Assembly (NCBI RefSeq): GCF_009914755.1
Contig: NC_060931.1
Length of the DNA: 64,000 bases
Source: the human T2T-CHM13v2.0 reference genome, Homo sapiens
Strand: one strand, 5' to 3'
The translations under genes and the position numbers were made by a program. Below, piece after piece: positions 13,359-25,970 of the stretch. A model generated the notes under the pieces. That model worked only from the letters and a program-made list of their open reading frames with translations. It was not told where the DNA came from and made no database searches. How positions within the stretch are numbered: position 1 is the stretch's first letter; every line of letters starts with the position of its first letter.

Positions 13359-13778
13359 TGTATTAGTCCATTCTTACACCTATCAAGGTGGGCAATTCAT
13401 AAATGCATAAGTTTATACATTTATAAAATGTATTAGTTCATTTGCACATATTACCAAGACTGGATAATTTATAAAGGAAAGAGTTGTAATTGACTTACAG
13501 TTCTGCATGGCTGGTCAGGCCTCAGAAAATTTACAATCATGGCAATGGCAGAAGGGGAAGTAGGCACCTTCTTCACAAGGCTGCAGGAGACAGAAGTGAG
13601 AACACGGAAAAATAAAACTACCACCTTTAAAACCATCAGATCTCATGAGACTTCACTCACTATCACGAAACAGCATGGGGGAAAACACCCCCATGATCTA
13701 ATCACCTCCTTCCCTCGACATGCGGGGATTACAATTCGAGATGAGATTTGAGTGGGGACACACAGCCAAACCATATCA
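13359..13778 (-). mobile_element. MSTA/THE1-type MaLR solo LTR with duplicated terminus
   Basis: tgtattagtcc...ccaaaccatatca; TSD gccag/gtcag; a second tgtattagt at 13429. Confidence 0.9.
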
Positions 13779-14389
13779 GTCAGTATCTCCCATCACTGCT
13801 GGCAGTGATGCAGCACAACAGTCTTGGCACTGTGGCTTTGCTTTCCTGCACACCTACATGAACCCTTTCAAATGTGGGCTGATGTTAAAGCTTGGGAAGC
13901 TTGCATTTATATCTTACCTGTGATATCATTGTGTTCTCTAACACACTTTTACTGAGCACCTGTTTTATAAAAGCCTTTGTTGGAGGCTCTTATAAGCCTC
14001 CAACATGTGGAATACATTATTGAACAAAAGTCATCCCCACTTTTTATAGTTTAGATTCTAACAGGGGAAAAAGCCCCCAAATCATAAGAGTAAGGCATGA
14101 AGGAATTACACGGTATTTAGAACAGATGAGTAAAAAGGAAAAGAAAGGGTAAGATGAAAACATAGAGCTGGACAAGAGGGAGGCATATTTACTAGAAATG
14201 ATCTGATTAGTTCTCATAGGAAGCTGAGACTGGAGCAAATACTTGAAAGAGAACAGAGAGGGCATTCTGAAGCTCTCTTCAGGTGGAGGGTCCCAGACAG
14301 ACCAACCAGAGAGAGAAAAGGGCAGCAGGTAAGCCTGAGGAGCTGGGAAAGGGGCATTGCTTATTCATGCATTCGTTACGATTCAAGAT

Positions 14390-14460
14390 ATATTGCATGG
14401 GACATATTTATATTCACACACAATTACTTTTATCTATCTGAAATAAATTATAAATCTCTG
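14390..14460. mobile_element. Half of a palindromic MER53-like element
   Basis: atattgcatgggacatatttata...tatctgaaat. Confidence 0.55.
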
Positions 14461-16070
14461 TTACCTCTTTAATTACATCTTCCTGATGATTTGGCTTCCC
14501 TTATCGATTCCTTTTTTTTTTTGCAGAATTCACTCAGAAAATTCCTTGCAGATACAGTGTGTTTTCCATTCCATTGAAGTGTATCTTCTGAGGCAATCAC
14601 TTTCACATTTGTTTCTTTTTTTTTTTTTTGCCTAATGACTATGCATTACTAAGAAAATGATCAATATTTGCTTTATGAACTGTATGCTGTCCATGTACTG
14701 GCATAAAGTTACCCTTTCTGAAAACCGCTTTTCAGATTTGATTTGTTGAGGAGCATAATACCACCTTCTATGACATAAGTTGCTTTTCCATTCTTTGGGA
14801 TTTCAATTGCATCTCTTATTCAACTTTTAAAAATGTTGCCCATTGCCAAAAAGAAAGCATCCACATCGACTTTAATTCACTTTATCCTCAACATTGCACA
14901 TGATAGTCTCCTTATTTCCAGGCTGGAAGAGTATTAGTCACATCCATGAAAAAGCAAAGAATTCTTAAGGTGTGAAATCCATTTCAAAGGTAGGCTCAGC
15001 AAATGCTGTAATAATTGTCCACTTTGTGTCAAAATTTCTTTTTCTGTTTATAGGTAATGTTGTCCCTTTTACTACTATTGTTGATACTTAGAGTGATACA
15101 TTATTCTTCAATTATTTCTTTAATACCTTCAACAAGCTTAAGTATAAAAATGATACCTTTTTTCAATTTAAATAATTCTATAACTGAAGATATTTTTAAA
15201 AGTAGTCAGAAGCGTAAAGGCTTTACTCAATGAATCATATAAAAAGTCAACATGGATTTTGGGGGCTTTCTTTTTTCAAAATTGAAGTATGATTTCACTG
15301 CTTCAAATAAACAGAAGATTTTTTTAAATGAAATGTATGAAAGAATATAATGAGTTTTTGACAGTGAGATAATTGAACATCACTAGTTGAACGAAATCAC
15401 AAAAGTCCTTTAATTGCTCAGTTTGAATAGCTAAAGTTTGAGAACAATTTCATACGAATAACTTTGATGTCAATAGGAATGAACACCAGCTGCTGTTGAA
15501 CAGCATTGCATGGAGCACGGGCAGGACAGCCAACTCGACCACAGAATCATTTTTGCTTTCTATTGACTCTGAATAAATATCATCTGCACACTTATACAAA
15601 CATCCACCCCCAAAATTGTATTTGTATTATTTCTATCTAAAGCAGTACAATTGTTTTTATTTACTCCTAGTTCAATAAGGGAGTCTGTGGAAAAATTTCT
15701 GTTCTTTCTGAAGTCTTATCTGGGAGAGTATTTACTCACAATAATCTTTTTCTTTTTTCACAAGAAAACATATTTCACAAACAAAAGAAAATTGTTTAAT
15801 TTTCTTTAAATTAAATTTAAAGAAATAAAATTTAAATTTAATTAATTTGATTAATTGCACTTGTGGCTATACCATAAAAAGGTGAGGCATTAAAATCTTT
15901 GATAATCTATGCAATGGTAAATGGGGCTATTGCATTTTTAATTATTGCAGTAATTAAAGTTTTGAAGTTTTGCACCATCTATCATGGAGAAGAGGCTTAG
16001 TTTTGAAACATATTTGGGCAGCTCTTGCTGAATGATTAGCTCACACACAGGTAGCTGTGCTGTAGTAGTA

Positions 16071-16253
16071 CAGTTGTGGGTTGTTTAATGATGGGGATAC
16101 ATTCTGAGAAATGCCTTGTTAGGCAATTTCGTCATTGTGAGAATGTCACAAAGTGTACTTACGTAAACCTAGTGCACCTGTTATACACTTAGGCTATAGC
16201 ATTGTATATGTGGTCTGTCATTGACCCAAATGTCGTTACTCAGCTCATGACTA
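16071..16253 (-). mobile_element. Tigger3/GOLEM-type TcMar MITE with both ends present
   Basis: ggggatacattctgagaaatgc near one end and gtcattgacccaaatgtcgtta...catgact at the other; TA on both flanks. Confidence 0.85.
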
Positions 16254-17369
16254 TATTTGATTTTGGCTAGCATGGGCTGGGCAATCTCTTCCAGCACTGT
16301 GGCTCGGCGATCACATGGATTTTTCACTTACAACATTCCATGAAATGCAAAGAGAAGAATTAATGGGAGAGTCAGAGGTATTTTCCAATTTACATAGCTC
16401 CATTGTTGAAACTTGTATGTTTTCTCTTAGCCTCAGTTAGCTATGACACACAGCCATGCCTTACTGCTCTGAGTGATGCGTGTGTTATCCACAGCCTCAC
16501 GTGGCCAGCTAGACTGACTCAGGCCTCGGCAGGTGCTTGGGATCTTACTGTTCCTTTCCATGCCCTTCTTCGGGGCAAATGCCAGGAAAGATATGCTATC
16601 TGAGAACATTAGAAAAGCTGTCACTGCTCACAGCTTAGCGCTTCTGGGAAAATCTGGTTCCTCTCCCTGATCAAGAACACCTGCCGGTTCCACATGCATT
16701 GTCAGAAGGTGAACCTGTGAGTCACAGTGAGGCTCCAGGCTCCACATGTGAGCGATCGTGCAAGCACCGACTCCTAGAGATGAAAGAGGTCCAAGAATAC
16801 CTGATCCAATTCTCCTCAGATGCGAAAGTCTCTCTCTGGCATACTGTTAGGCGGTGCCACAGTGCATGTTTGAAATGTAGGTTCAGAGCTGTGCCCTTGG
16901 ATGTCATTATCACTGTTGATAATTGTGGCTAGAACAACTCTACAGGGCACCATACACATGCACCCTCTGGAGCTGTGCCACAACCTGTGGCCCTATCTGA
17001 TGTCTGTGACTGATATTATCTTCTAAGATCCAAGAAGACACTCAAGAAGATGTTTATGTCTGAGTTGAAGACCATCTACCTCCATGACCAAAGTGTCCCT
17101 GGAGAGTGCCCAAAGTCAAGTTTCAAATTCTCTGTAAGAATTATTTTTATGTTTTATCTAACCATAAGGGCCAAGCTGTTCCTCACCAGTGTCTTGAGTG
17201 CCTCCTCTGACAGAGAAAACATTATTCCTTCTAGCCATGAGACCATGGGAAAGGCAGTTCTTCCTCACGTTGAGTCACACACACTCAATTTGCTTGTGGC
17301 TTCCCCACATTGGTCCTGGTCCTGCCCTTTGGGGCTTGCCTTGGATTGGGATCTCAAAAAGCAGAAACA

Positions 17370-17490
17370 CACTGCACTTTCAAGCATTTGCTCACTTTCC
17401 CTTTTCAACCCTAAGACAAACCTATGGATGAGCAGGCATGAGATCTCCTCCCACCTTATGAATGGAGAAACTGAGGCTCAGAGCAGGTGC
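17370..17490 (-). mobile_element. MIR
   Basis: atggagaaactgaggctcagag core. Confidence 0.65.
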
Positions 17491-17585
17491 CCCATCCACA
17501 GGCCAGGTGCCTCCCAGTTCCTGTGGCTCTTGGCCCTGGGGACTGCTCTCTCAGCTCAGCTTAGGATCAGCGGAGGGAAGGAGGG

Positions 17586-17948
17586 TGATATGGTTTCGCT
17601 CTGTCCCCATCCAAATCTCACCTTGAATTGTAGCTCCCATAATCCCCCATGTGTTGTGGAAGAAACCCAATGGGAAGTGATTGAATCATGGGGGTGGGGT
17701 TTTCTGTGCTTTTCTTGTAATAGTAAATAAGTCTCATCAGATCTGATGGTTTTATAAAGAGGAGTCCCTCTGCACATGCCCTCTTGCCTGCTGCTGTGTA
17801 GAATGTGCCTTTGCTCCTCCTTGCTGTCTGCCATGATTGTGAGGCCTCCACAGCCATGTGGAACTGTGAGTCAATTACACCTTTTTCCTTTATAAGTTAC
17901 CCACTCTCGGGTATGTTGTTATTAGCAGCATGAGAACAGACTCATACA
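17586..17948 (+). mobile_element. THE1 (B/C-like) solo LTR
   Basis: tgatatggttt...gagaacagactcataca; about 363 bp. Confidence 0.95.
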
Positions 17949-18649
17949 GAAAGCCTTCTGTTAAATGTTCTGTGCCAGCCCTTCTTGATGGTTGGTCGCC
18001 TGCAGGGGCAGTCTGCTTCATCCCACTTGCTGTGCAGTGGCCCTGAGAGGGTTCTGTAGGAAGAACGGTCTCTGTGCTTTGAAAGGGTCTCTCGCTTAAC
18101 ATCAGTAGCTGACCCCCCGGGAGCCGTGAGAGAACAGAGATCTGCAGGCAACCCTGCTCAGACGGCTTAGTCCTATACAGAAGCTGCTGGGCAGTCTTCC
18201 ACCTGAATTTTATGCTTTAATTATTTACTTTGTATATGATCTTTTTTCACAGTTATATTTATTTTATTTTCACTTTAGCATTTGACTCCAAGGTGTTAAA
18301 CTTGGAGTGTGAAGCTATGAGAGATGGGTCTGGGATTATGACTATGCGGTCCTAATGCTTTCTCAGTAATGAATATGCTCTGATCATAAGTTTCTTGCCT
18401 AGATTCCATTGCTGCTTTCTGGATCCAAATGTTTTTGTTTGACCAAAGAGTGGGTGCCATTTGACTTTCAGGAGAGCATATAAAGTTTCAGGAGGATGGA
18501 AAATAAATTCCCTTATGTAAGAATTTATAGGGTTCCAAATTAGAAACCAAAAATGGAATAAGTGGTGATTTTTATATTGAAGTAAACTAACTATTAGACA
18601 TAAATTTTTCTACAATGTCAGATTTTTACTTATGTACTTGTAGACAGGG

Positions 18650-19255
18650 GATCAGTTATCAACTGATGTGTAATAAATGACTCCAAGGTTTAGTGACTAA
18701 AACAACAGCCATTTACTTTGTCCTGTGCTTCAGGATGTAGACTGCAGTCAGCTAGACATTTGTTTTACTTGTCTTGCTTCCAAAGAGATGTCTCCCGGGC
18801 CTCTAGCCACTGGCTACATGTGGTTATTTAATTTTAATTATGAATTAATTTAAGAAAATAAAATGTCTGATCCTCAGCCACACTTGCCATGTTTCAGGTG
18901 CTCACTAGACATGGGAGTGGAAGATGCCCTGTAAAACAGCAGAATTATAGGGCATTTCCGTCATCACTGTAATTTCTACTGGGCAGCACTAATCCAGAGC
19001 CTTGCCTGTGGCTGGACAGTTTAAGATGACCTCTGTCATGTGTCTGGTGGTCAATGCTGGCTGTCCACTGGAGTATAGATCTCCACAGGCTGGTCTGGCT
19101 TCTTCTTATGGAGTTTGGTTTCAAAAATTGTAAAGCAAGAAGGTGGGCCCCCATGCCAAGGTCTTTGAAAGCCTCCACTGACATCACATATATTGATGTC
19201 CCATTGGCCAACACAGATCGCGTGACCCGCCCAGAGTTAATACAGGGGGAGCCCG
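18650..19255 (-). mobile_element. Old MLT1 (H/J-like) LTR split by MER3
   Basis: ttagtgactaaaacaaca... then gtcccattggccaa...gtgacc...cccagagt. Confidence 0.6.
18803..18990 (-). mobile_element. MER3 (hAT-Charlie)
   Basis: tagccactggctacatgtggttattt...catttccgtcatcact...tctactgggcagcact. Confidence 0.8.
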
Positions 19256-20202
19256 AGCACGGTGCACACCCCAAAAGACACAACTCAATGAGGGCATTGA
19301 AAACTACCGCATGGTGAGACGTACATGTTATTTTGGAATAATTAGTAAGCACTCAAAGCACAGTGTATTTTGAAAGCATCATTTAGTTCATGATCTCCAT
19401 TGGGCTCACAGCAGCCAGTTTTGCAAAATTATACCACAATAACAAAGATTGTCAAGCCTCAGCAAAGTATTCACATACATATTCACAGACAACTTTGTGT
19501 CTAAACTTACTATAATTAAATTAGAATTTTCACCACACTATAACTCTTTGCCTTGATGGTAGAAGAATCAATATTCAGTAAATATCTGTTCAATGAGACA
19601 GTGCAGGTGACGTAAGTAAAAAGACAATTATCATCTCATTTTCTTGCTGGAAGAAACAAACACTAAAAATTATAAATATGGAAAATTTATAGCCACGTGA
19701 TACATAAAGGAGAAAAAAAACCAATAGTCAAAAGTAATCCAAGAGCCTGGTAATAACAGCTTCTAATATGTCATAATCTTCCACATGGCACTGTATTTCT
19801 TACATGCATTTGCATGTTCTAATTAGTTTAATAGGCTCAGCATCATTTCATCACTGCCTGCCATCACGCTCTGCCAAATAGCACAGTGGACTAGAGGGAT
19901 AAAGACTGCTGCTTTGTCCTGCAGTTACATATTTTTGTGGGGAGAAAAATAAGGTTAAATAAGCAAGTAAATGATATGGTAAGGTGGAAGAAGAATTAGA
20001 TACAAGAGGGTTGACTCAGTGGTGTTGGAATGCCTGAGGGGGCAGGGATTCAGGTTCCTGAGTTCAGGGTGGGCCTCTTCAGGGAGGTGAGGGGGCAGCC
20101 TAGCAGGTGTCCTGGGGAGGAACCCTCACATGGGAGCAGCTCAGGGGGTCCAAGAGCAAGTATAAGGAAGCCAGATGGAGAGTAAAGAGTCAGGGAGTGG
20201 GG

Positions 20203-20767
20203 TGTAGTGGTCCAGGTTCTCCAGAGAGGCAGAACCAATAGGCTACATGTGCAGAGATATCTATGGGAGGGAGGGGATTTATTAGGAAATTTGGCTCACA
20301 CAATTATGGAGGCTAAGAAGTCCCATGACAGGCCATGAGTAAGCTGGAGACCCTGGGATGCTGGCAGTGTGGCTCAGTCCAGGTCTGAAAGCCTCGGTGC
20401 CACGGAAACCTGTGGTGTAGCTCTCAGCTTGAAAAGGCCTGAAAGCATGGAGGGATCTGATGCGAGTCCAGAAATCCAAAGCTTGTAGAGCTTGGGGTTC
20501 TGATATCCAAGGATAGAAGAGTTTCCCAACTATGGAAGAGAGAGGGTGAGATGTCAGCAGCTTTCTGCCTTTTTTTTCCCATCCGGGCCCCCAACTGATT
20601 GAATGGTGCCTGCCCAAATTGAGGGTGAATCCTCCCCACTCAGCCCACTAACTCACATGCCAATCTCATCTGGAAACACCCTGGCAAACACACCCAGGAA
20701 TAACACTTTACCAGCTACCCACGTACCCCTTATCCAGTCAGGTTGACATAGAAAATTAACCATCACA
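20203..20767 (-). mobile_element. MLT2B-type ERVL solo LTR, full length
   Basis: ggttctccagagaggcagaaccaatagg...aaaattaaccatcaca; TSD tgggg/ggggg. Confidence 0.92.
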
Positions 20768-21829
20768 GGGGGCTTAGATGTTCTCCCTCTGAATGAAATG
20801 CGGGGCTACCTCCAGGTCTGGAAAGAGTGGTATTGCTTTCCTCCTGTGCACAAGTTTCACTAGGGATGGGGGTGAGCATCCTATCTGTAGCTATAACTGT
20901 GTCTGTATCTGTGTCTATATTTAATCTTATCCTTTTCATTCTCAACATCATATTAAAATCATGTTCCTATGTCAGGTAAACACTCTTTGCATGTACACCA
21001 TGATGATCACAGAAAACACTCAACAGTTTGGGTGTTGGGAGGTGGCCACAGCTTTGTTTGTGGGATTGTATGTCCAGAATTGTGTTTAGGGTTACAGAAC
21101 CACGACCGCTGGCAGTAAAATGGGTGGCTGTGTTTCCCTGAGCCTCGGTTTCGCCAGCTGTGAAAGGCGCTGATGGCCACACACCCTATACTGGTTAAGT
21201 GAACTTGGGGACAAACATAGAGGGTAGAGAAGCAGAGCTGAGAAGCCTTGAGTGCAGGCTCGCTATGGATGCGGGTTGTGGGGGGTGCCATCAGTAGCAT
21301 GGTATTAGCCATCACCAGGCTTCTCTGAGTTGGTGAAGGAAGAGATGGGGTTCGTTGAACAGCAGGAATTCTTCCAGAGGAAAGTCAGTGAATTGTGCGG
21401 CCCCTCCGGCCTCTGTCTGGCACCTGGGGACACATGGTTCCCATATTCCAAGACCAGCCGCATTCACAGGTACTAACACACACAGGCGCTCCTGCCAGTC
21501 ACGTCCCACTGCTGTTGACGTGTGTTTCTGTTTTTGCAAGAAGTGATTTAACACGAGCCTCTGTGGTTTTAAATCAAGTTTGTTTACAAAAGAACGAGGT
21601 TTAGATAGAAGGGGGGGAAAGAGAGAACAATTTAATTCCTTCTCTCAAAGGATTAGTGCCCTTGATAAAAGTGAACAGAGAGGCTGGGGGAGGAAATTCC
21701 TCTCCTAGGGTTGATAGCAGCCCAGACACAGAGGCCAGTCTGGCTTCCTTCCCACCACACACCAGCCATGGCCAAAGGCCCAGTCGGTATCAGCCTCAGC
21801 CCTGGCTCTGGAGTGAGGATGGTGCTGAC

Positions 21830-22060
21830 CTGCGTGGCCTGACTGGCAAGCACGCAGAAAAAGGCACCAATGAAGTAGAAGACCCTGGAGTAGGCATGTC
21901 CAGATGGCATCACTTGGTTAGAGATGTGCCACAGTATCTTCACGTCCTCAAGATTGTTGGCATTTTTGCTCAGGCCCCTGTCACAGGCACGCAGCAGCAT
22001 GATGTTTTTGGGAGTGGAAATGAAGACAGTTTTATAAGAAAGCAACTTTCTCTTGTGAGA
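21830..22060 (-). pseudogene. Putative degenerate protein-kinase-like coding remnant (subdomains VIb-IX); parent not identified
   Basis: Translation PKNIML-LRACDRGLSK...EDVKILWHISNQVM...YS...IGAFFCVLA parallels PxNxLL/KICDFGLxK/[23 protein letters not shown]. GC3 41/59 vs GC2 22/59 (hand count, 22006-21830). Ends at CAG|GTCAGC. Confidence 0.35.
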
Positions 22061-23934
22061 ACACAGCTGGCTCTTCAGCCATGAGTTCTAGTTTGAATCT
22101 GCCAGCCCTTCCCATCTGTTTGACATTCCACAGCTTTGTGGGTGGAGACCAGGCATTTTTGAGTGGAGTGTCCCCCACCCCTAACCTGGAACTTGGTGCA
22201 ACATTGGAAGGTAAAGGTGGAGTTTCCAAGAGAACAGCATTGAAGGAGGGCTGGGAAAGCACAAGACAGGAAGAGTCTGTGCCAAAAGACCCTGGATAGG
22301 AAGAAACACAAGAAAAAATTTATCCAAAGTCAAGATTGAGTGGGAGCCCAGAGGAACGTTGCATTCAAATGGCAAGTATTCTACTTAACTTAGCATCTTG
22401 TAATTTAGTATCTAAAGCAATTTGGTACCTTCTCTTAATTTAGTATCTTTTTTCTATAATGCCAAGTTACATATATAAAAACATGTATTTCCTTATGCTC
22501 AGAATAATGAATACATGTTAATTCTTACCATGACTCAATAATCAGTTTTTTTGGCAAAAGTTAGCAATATCCATTTTAATTTTAAAAGTTAGTTTACAGA
22601 ATCTTCAAGAAAATGTGCTTCGCAGACATATTTTGGATAACTTTTTTCTCATAATACTTTTCTTGGTTTTTCAGGAGGGATTATGTTTGTGCTCCATTGC
22701 CTTTCAATGGAAAATTGACTAAAGAAATTGAAAATAAGGCACAGTGTATGTAAAATTTGGTATTTAAATGCCCCATTTGATGAAATTAGATAATGCTAAG
22801 ATTCAATTTGAATGACTTGCAATTTCAAAAACTTAGAGCAAATAATGTATTTTTATTGTTTCAAGATGGAAACAAAACTCTCAGTTGCCTGGTTTTGGCT
22901 TTGGATGGACTCTACAGATGTTTCATGTGACTTGCCAGTTTAGAGGCTCCCCTTAACCCCTGCCCCTCCCAATAAAGCCGTTGGCTTTTCCCACCAATCT
23001 CAGCACGTCTCAACTGACTGCATCACGAATGCCTGCTTACAGCACCTGATCAACAAGGGTTGTGGAAAATAAGTGAGTGAATGAACACAATTGTGCTGTC
23101 CGATGGCATTTAGAGAATCATGAGTTCATGGCTGGGTAGCATTTTTTCTTTTCTTGTGTTATTCTGTGACCACCAGTGCATGGAGCCAGACATGGGAGTG
23201 CCATGAGAGCCCAGACTGGGAGGCAGCAGAGCCTAGACTGACATGGGCCTTGGGGACAGGATGGTCATTTCCTGTGGTTTCAGCAAAACTGAGTTTTGCT
23301 GCACTGGGGGCTGACGTCCATGCAGACAGGCACTGTATTCTAATGGCCTGCTTGGATGGGTGCATCTTTTTTTTTTTCACAAATGTGTTGTGTAATGGAT
23401 TAAGGACGATCTGCATATCTGCTTGTAGTAATTTTTTTATGGCATCAATAGAAATCAAATAACAGTGATTAATACTTCTTGTTCCCTAATAAGGACATCT
23501 GGTTTGGGGAAGTTCAGTAACACACCTGACACCATACAGGTGTTAGTGGTAGAACCAGAACGCACTCCAACCTGTGGCTGATCCCACACATTCCTTCCAT
23601 ACCCTGCAGGTCAATTGCAATGTCTGAAGAGCATGGAGATGCAGAAAAAAGGCTTTTTTTTTTTCTGTAAAGACAGTTATTCTACACTTAGTTCAGGCAT
23701 ATTTTGATATACACAGTGAAGGAGAAATGTGGGTTATACTTTGATGTTATGCACGGACAAGCCAAAGATGTGATTTTCCTGATTTTTGGCCAGAAACCTT
23801 CCCACATGCAAGAAATGGCTCAATTGAATATTCAAGTAACAAAAAGATAGTTAACGTTTGTTAGTGACTAAAATGTGTTTGAAGCTTTAGATATTTTCAT
23901 TTTCATTATTTCAATTAATCACCTATAATATTTA

Positions 23935-24325
23935 TTCCTTCATTGATTTCATTCATCCAGTCAACAAATGCTTTCTAAGACCTTTCTCTGGAGAAGAACT
24001 GATTATGTGCTGGGAGGTCCATGATATACAATACATATAGATCATACATTTAGGGAGGTTCCGTTCAAATATGAAAAAGATTCACTAATTTCAGGTGGTA
24101 GTAAATACAATGAAAACAACAGGGCAATGAGATAGAGAGTGGCCAGACAGAAGGGACTTTCATCTCATCTCATCATGATGACAGCAAGATTCCTGCAAAA
24201 ATCCTATGAAGAGAAGTGGTATGGGCAAAGGCCCTGTGGCAGGAAGGAGATTGCTATTTTCTGAGTTGACATGTTTGAGGAATGGAGAGAAAACCAATGC
24301 AGTTAGAGAGTAAGTGAAGGAAAGT
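23935..24325 (-). mobile_element. L2 fragment
   Basis: ttcattcatccagtcaacaaatg...gggcaaaggccctgtggcagga...tgtttgaggaa. Confidence 0.7.
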
Positions 24326-24467
24326 ACACAAAGAAGGCAAAAACAAATCTTACTTTGCAAATGAAAGAGCCTATATTTAGAAAAATAGAGTAAGTTGGCT
24401 AAAGTCACATTACTGAGGAAACTTTACTTCATTTCTTGCCCCTGTCTAATACTAGATTTCCATGTCC

Positions 24468-24769
<302 letters not shown>

Positions 24770-24966
24770 CCCATGTACTTTCTAAATCTCTGCACCTCTT
24801 GCCTTCATAAGACCTTTTGTTATCAATGATCCCTTCTTTCTACTATATCTTCAACCTTACCCTCCTTCCTGCATTTGAACACTCCAAACCTCCTTGATTT
24901 TAAACAAATCCTTGCCAGCTTGAGGGTGTCTCTAGTGCGTCAAATATAAACCAATTTCATGAAACT

Positions 24967-25670
<704 letters not shown>

Positions 25671-25674
25671 AAAT

Positions 25675-25970
25675 TCTTCCCCAGATATGGTCCCTTGTCA
25701 AGGTTTCTTGTTGCCTCCATGGATAGCACCCTCACGCACCTGTTGCACAAATCATAGTTTCAGAGTCATACTGGACATCATACATCCAGCCTGTGTTCAA
25801 GTACACTTGACTTCCCTCCTAAATATCTCTCAAATCCGTTTGTCTTACTTTACCTCCACCACCAGATCCTGGTCTATGCAGCTATCATCTTCAACCTCCA
25901 TGTCCTTAACTGCCAATAGCACTGTCTCCACCTGCTCCTTAAAGCACCTCCCCAATCCAGTCTCCACTTG
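25675..25970 (+). mobile_element. L2 fragment, likely host of MLT1A
   Basis: cctcctaaatatctctcaaatcc...ccaccacc...gctatcatct. Confidence 0.6.

Noticed and set aside
17050-17730. Longest ORF in the track (226 aa)
   Set aside because: Runs through MIR and THE1 LTR sequence, with no domain similarity or codon bias; chance ORF.
21830-22006. Resemblance of this peptide to GRIN2 M2-M3, TPC2 pore, SLC7 or PAP2 PSGH motifs
   Set aside because: Each covers only a short stretch, needs many gaps or lacks the invariant motif (e.g. SYTANL). These show how easily chance matches arise, which is why the kinase call is kept at low confidence.
21656-22084. 142-aa plus-strand ORF
   Set aside because: Better explained as the in-register antisense shadow of the biased minus-strand frame.
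22655-22976. Strong acceptor (ttttcttggttttttcag) and downstream AATAAA as a lncRNA terminal exon
   Set aside because: Such signals are frequent in AT-rich DNA; unsupported without transcript data.
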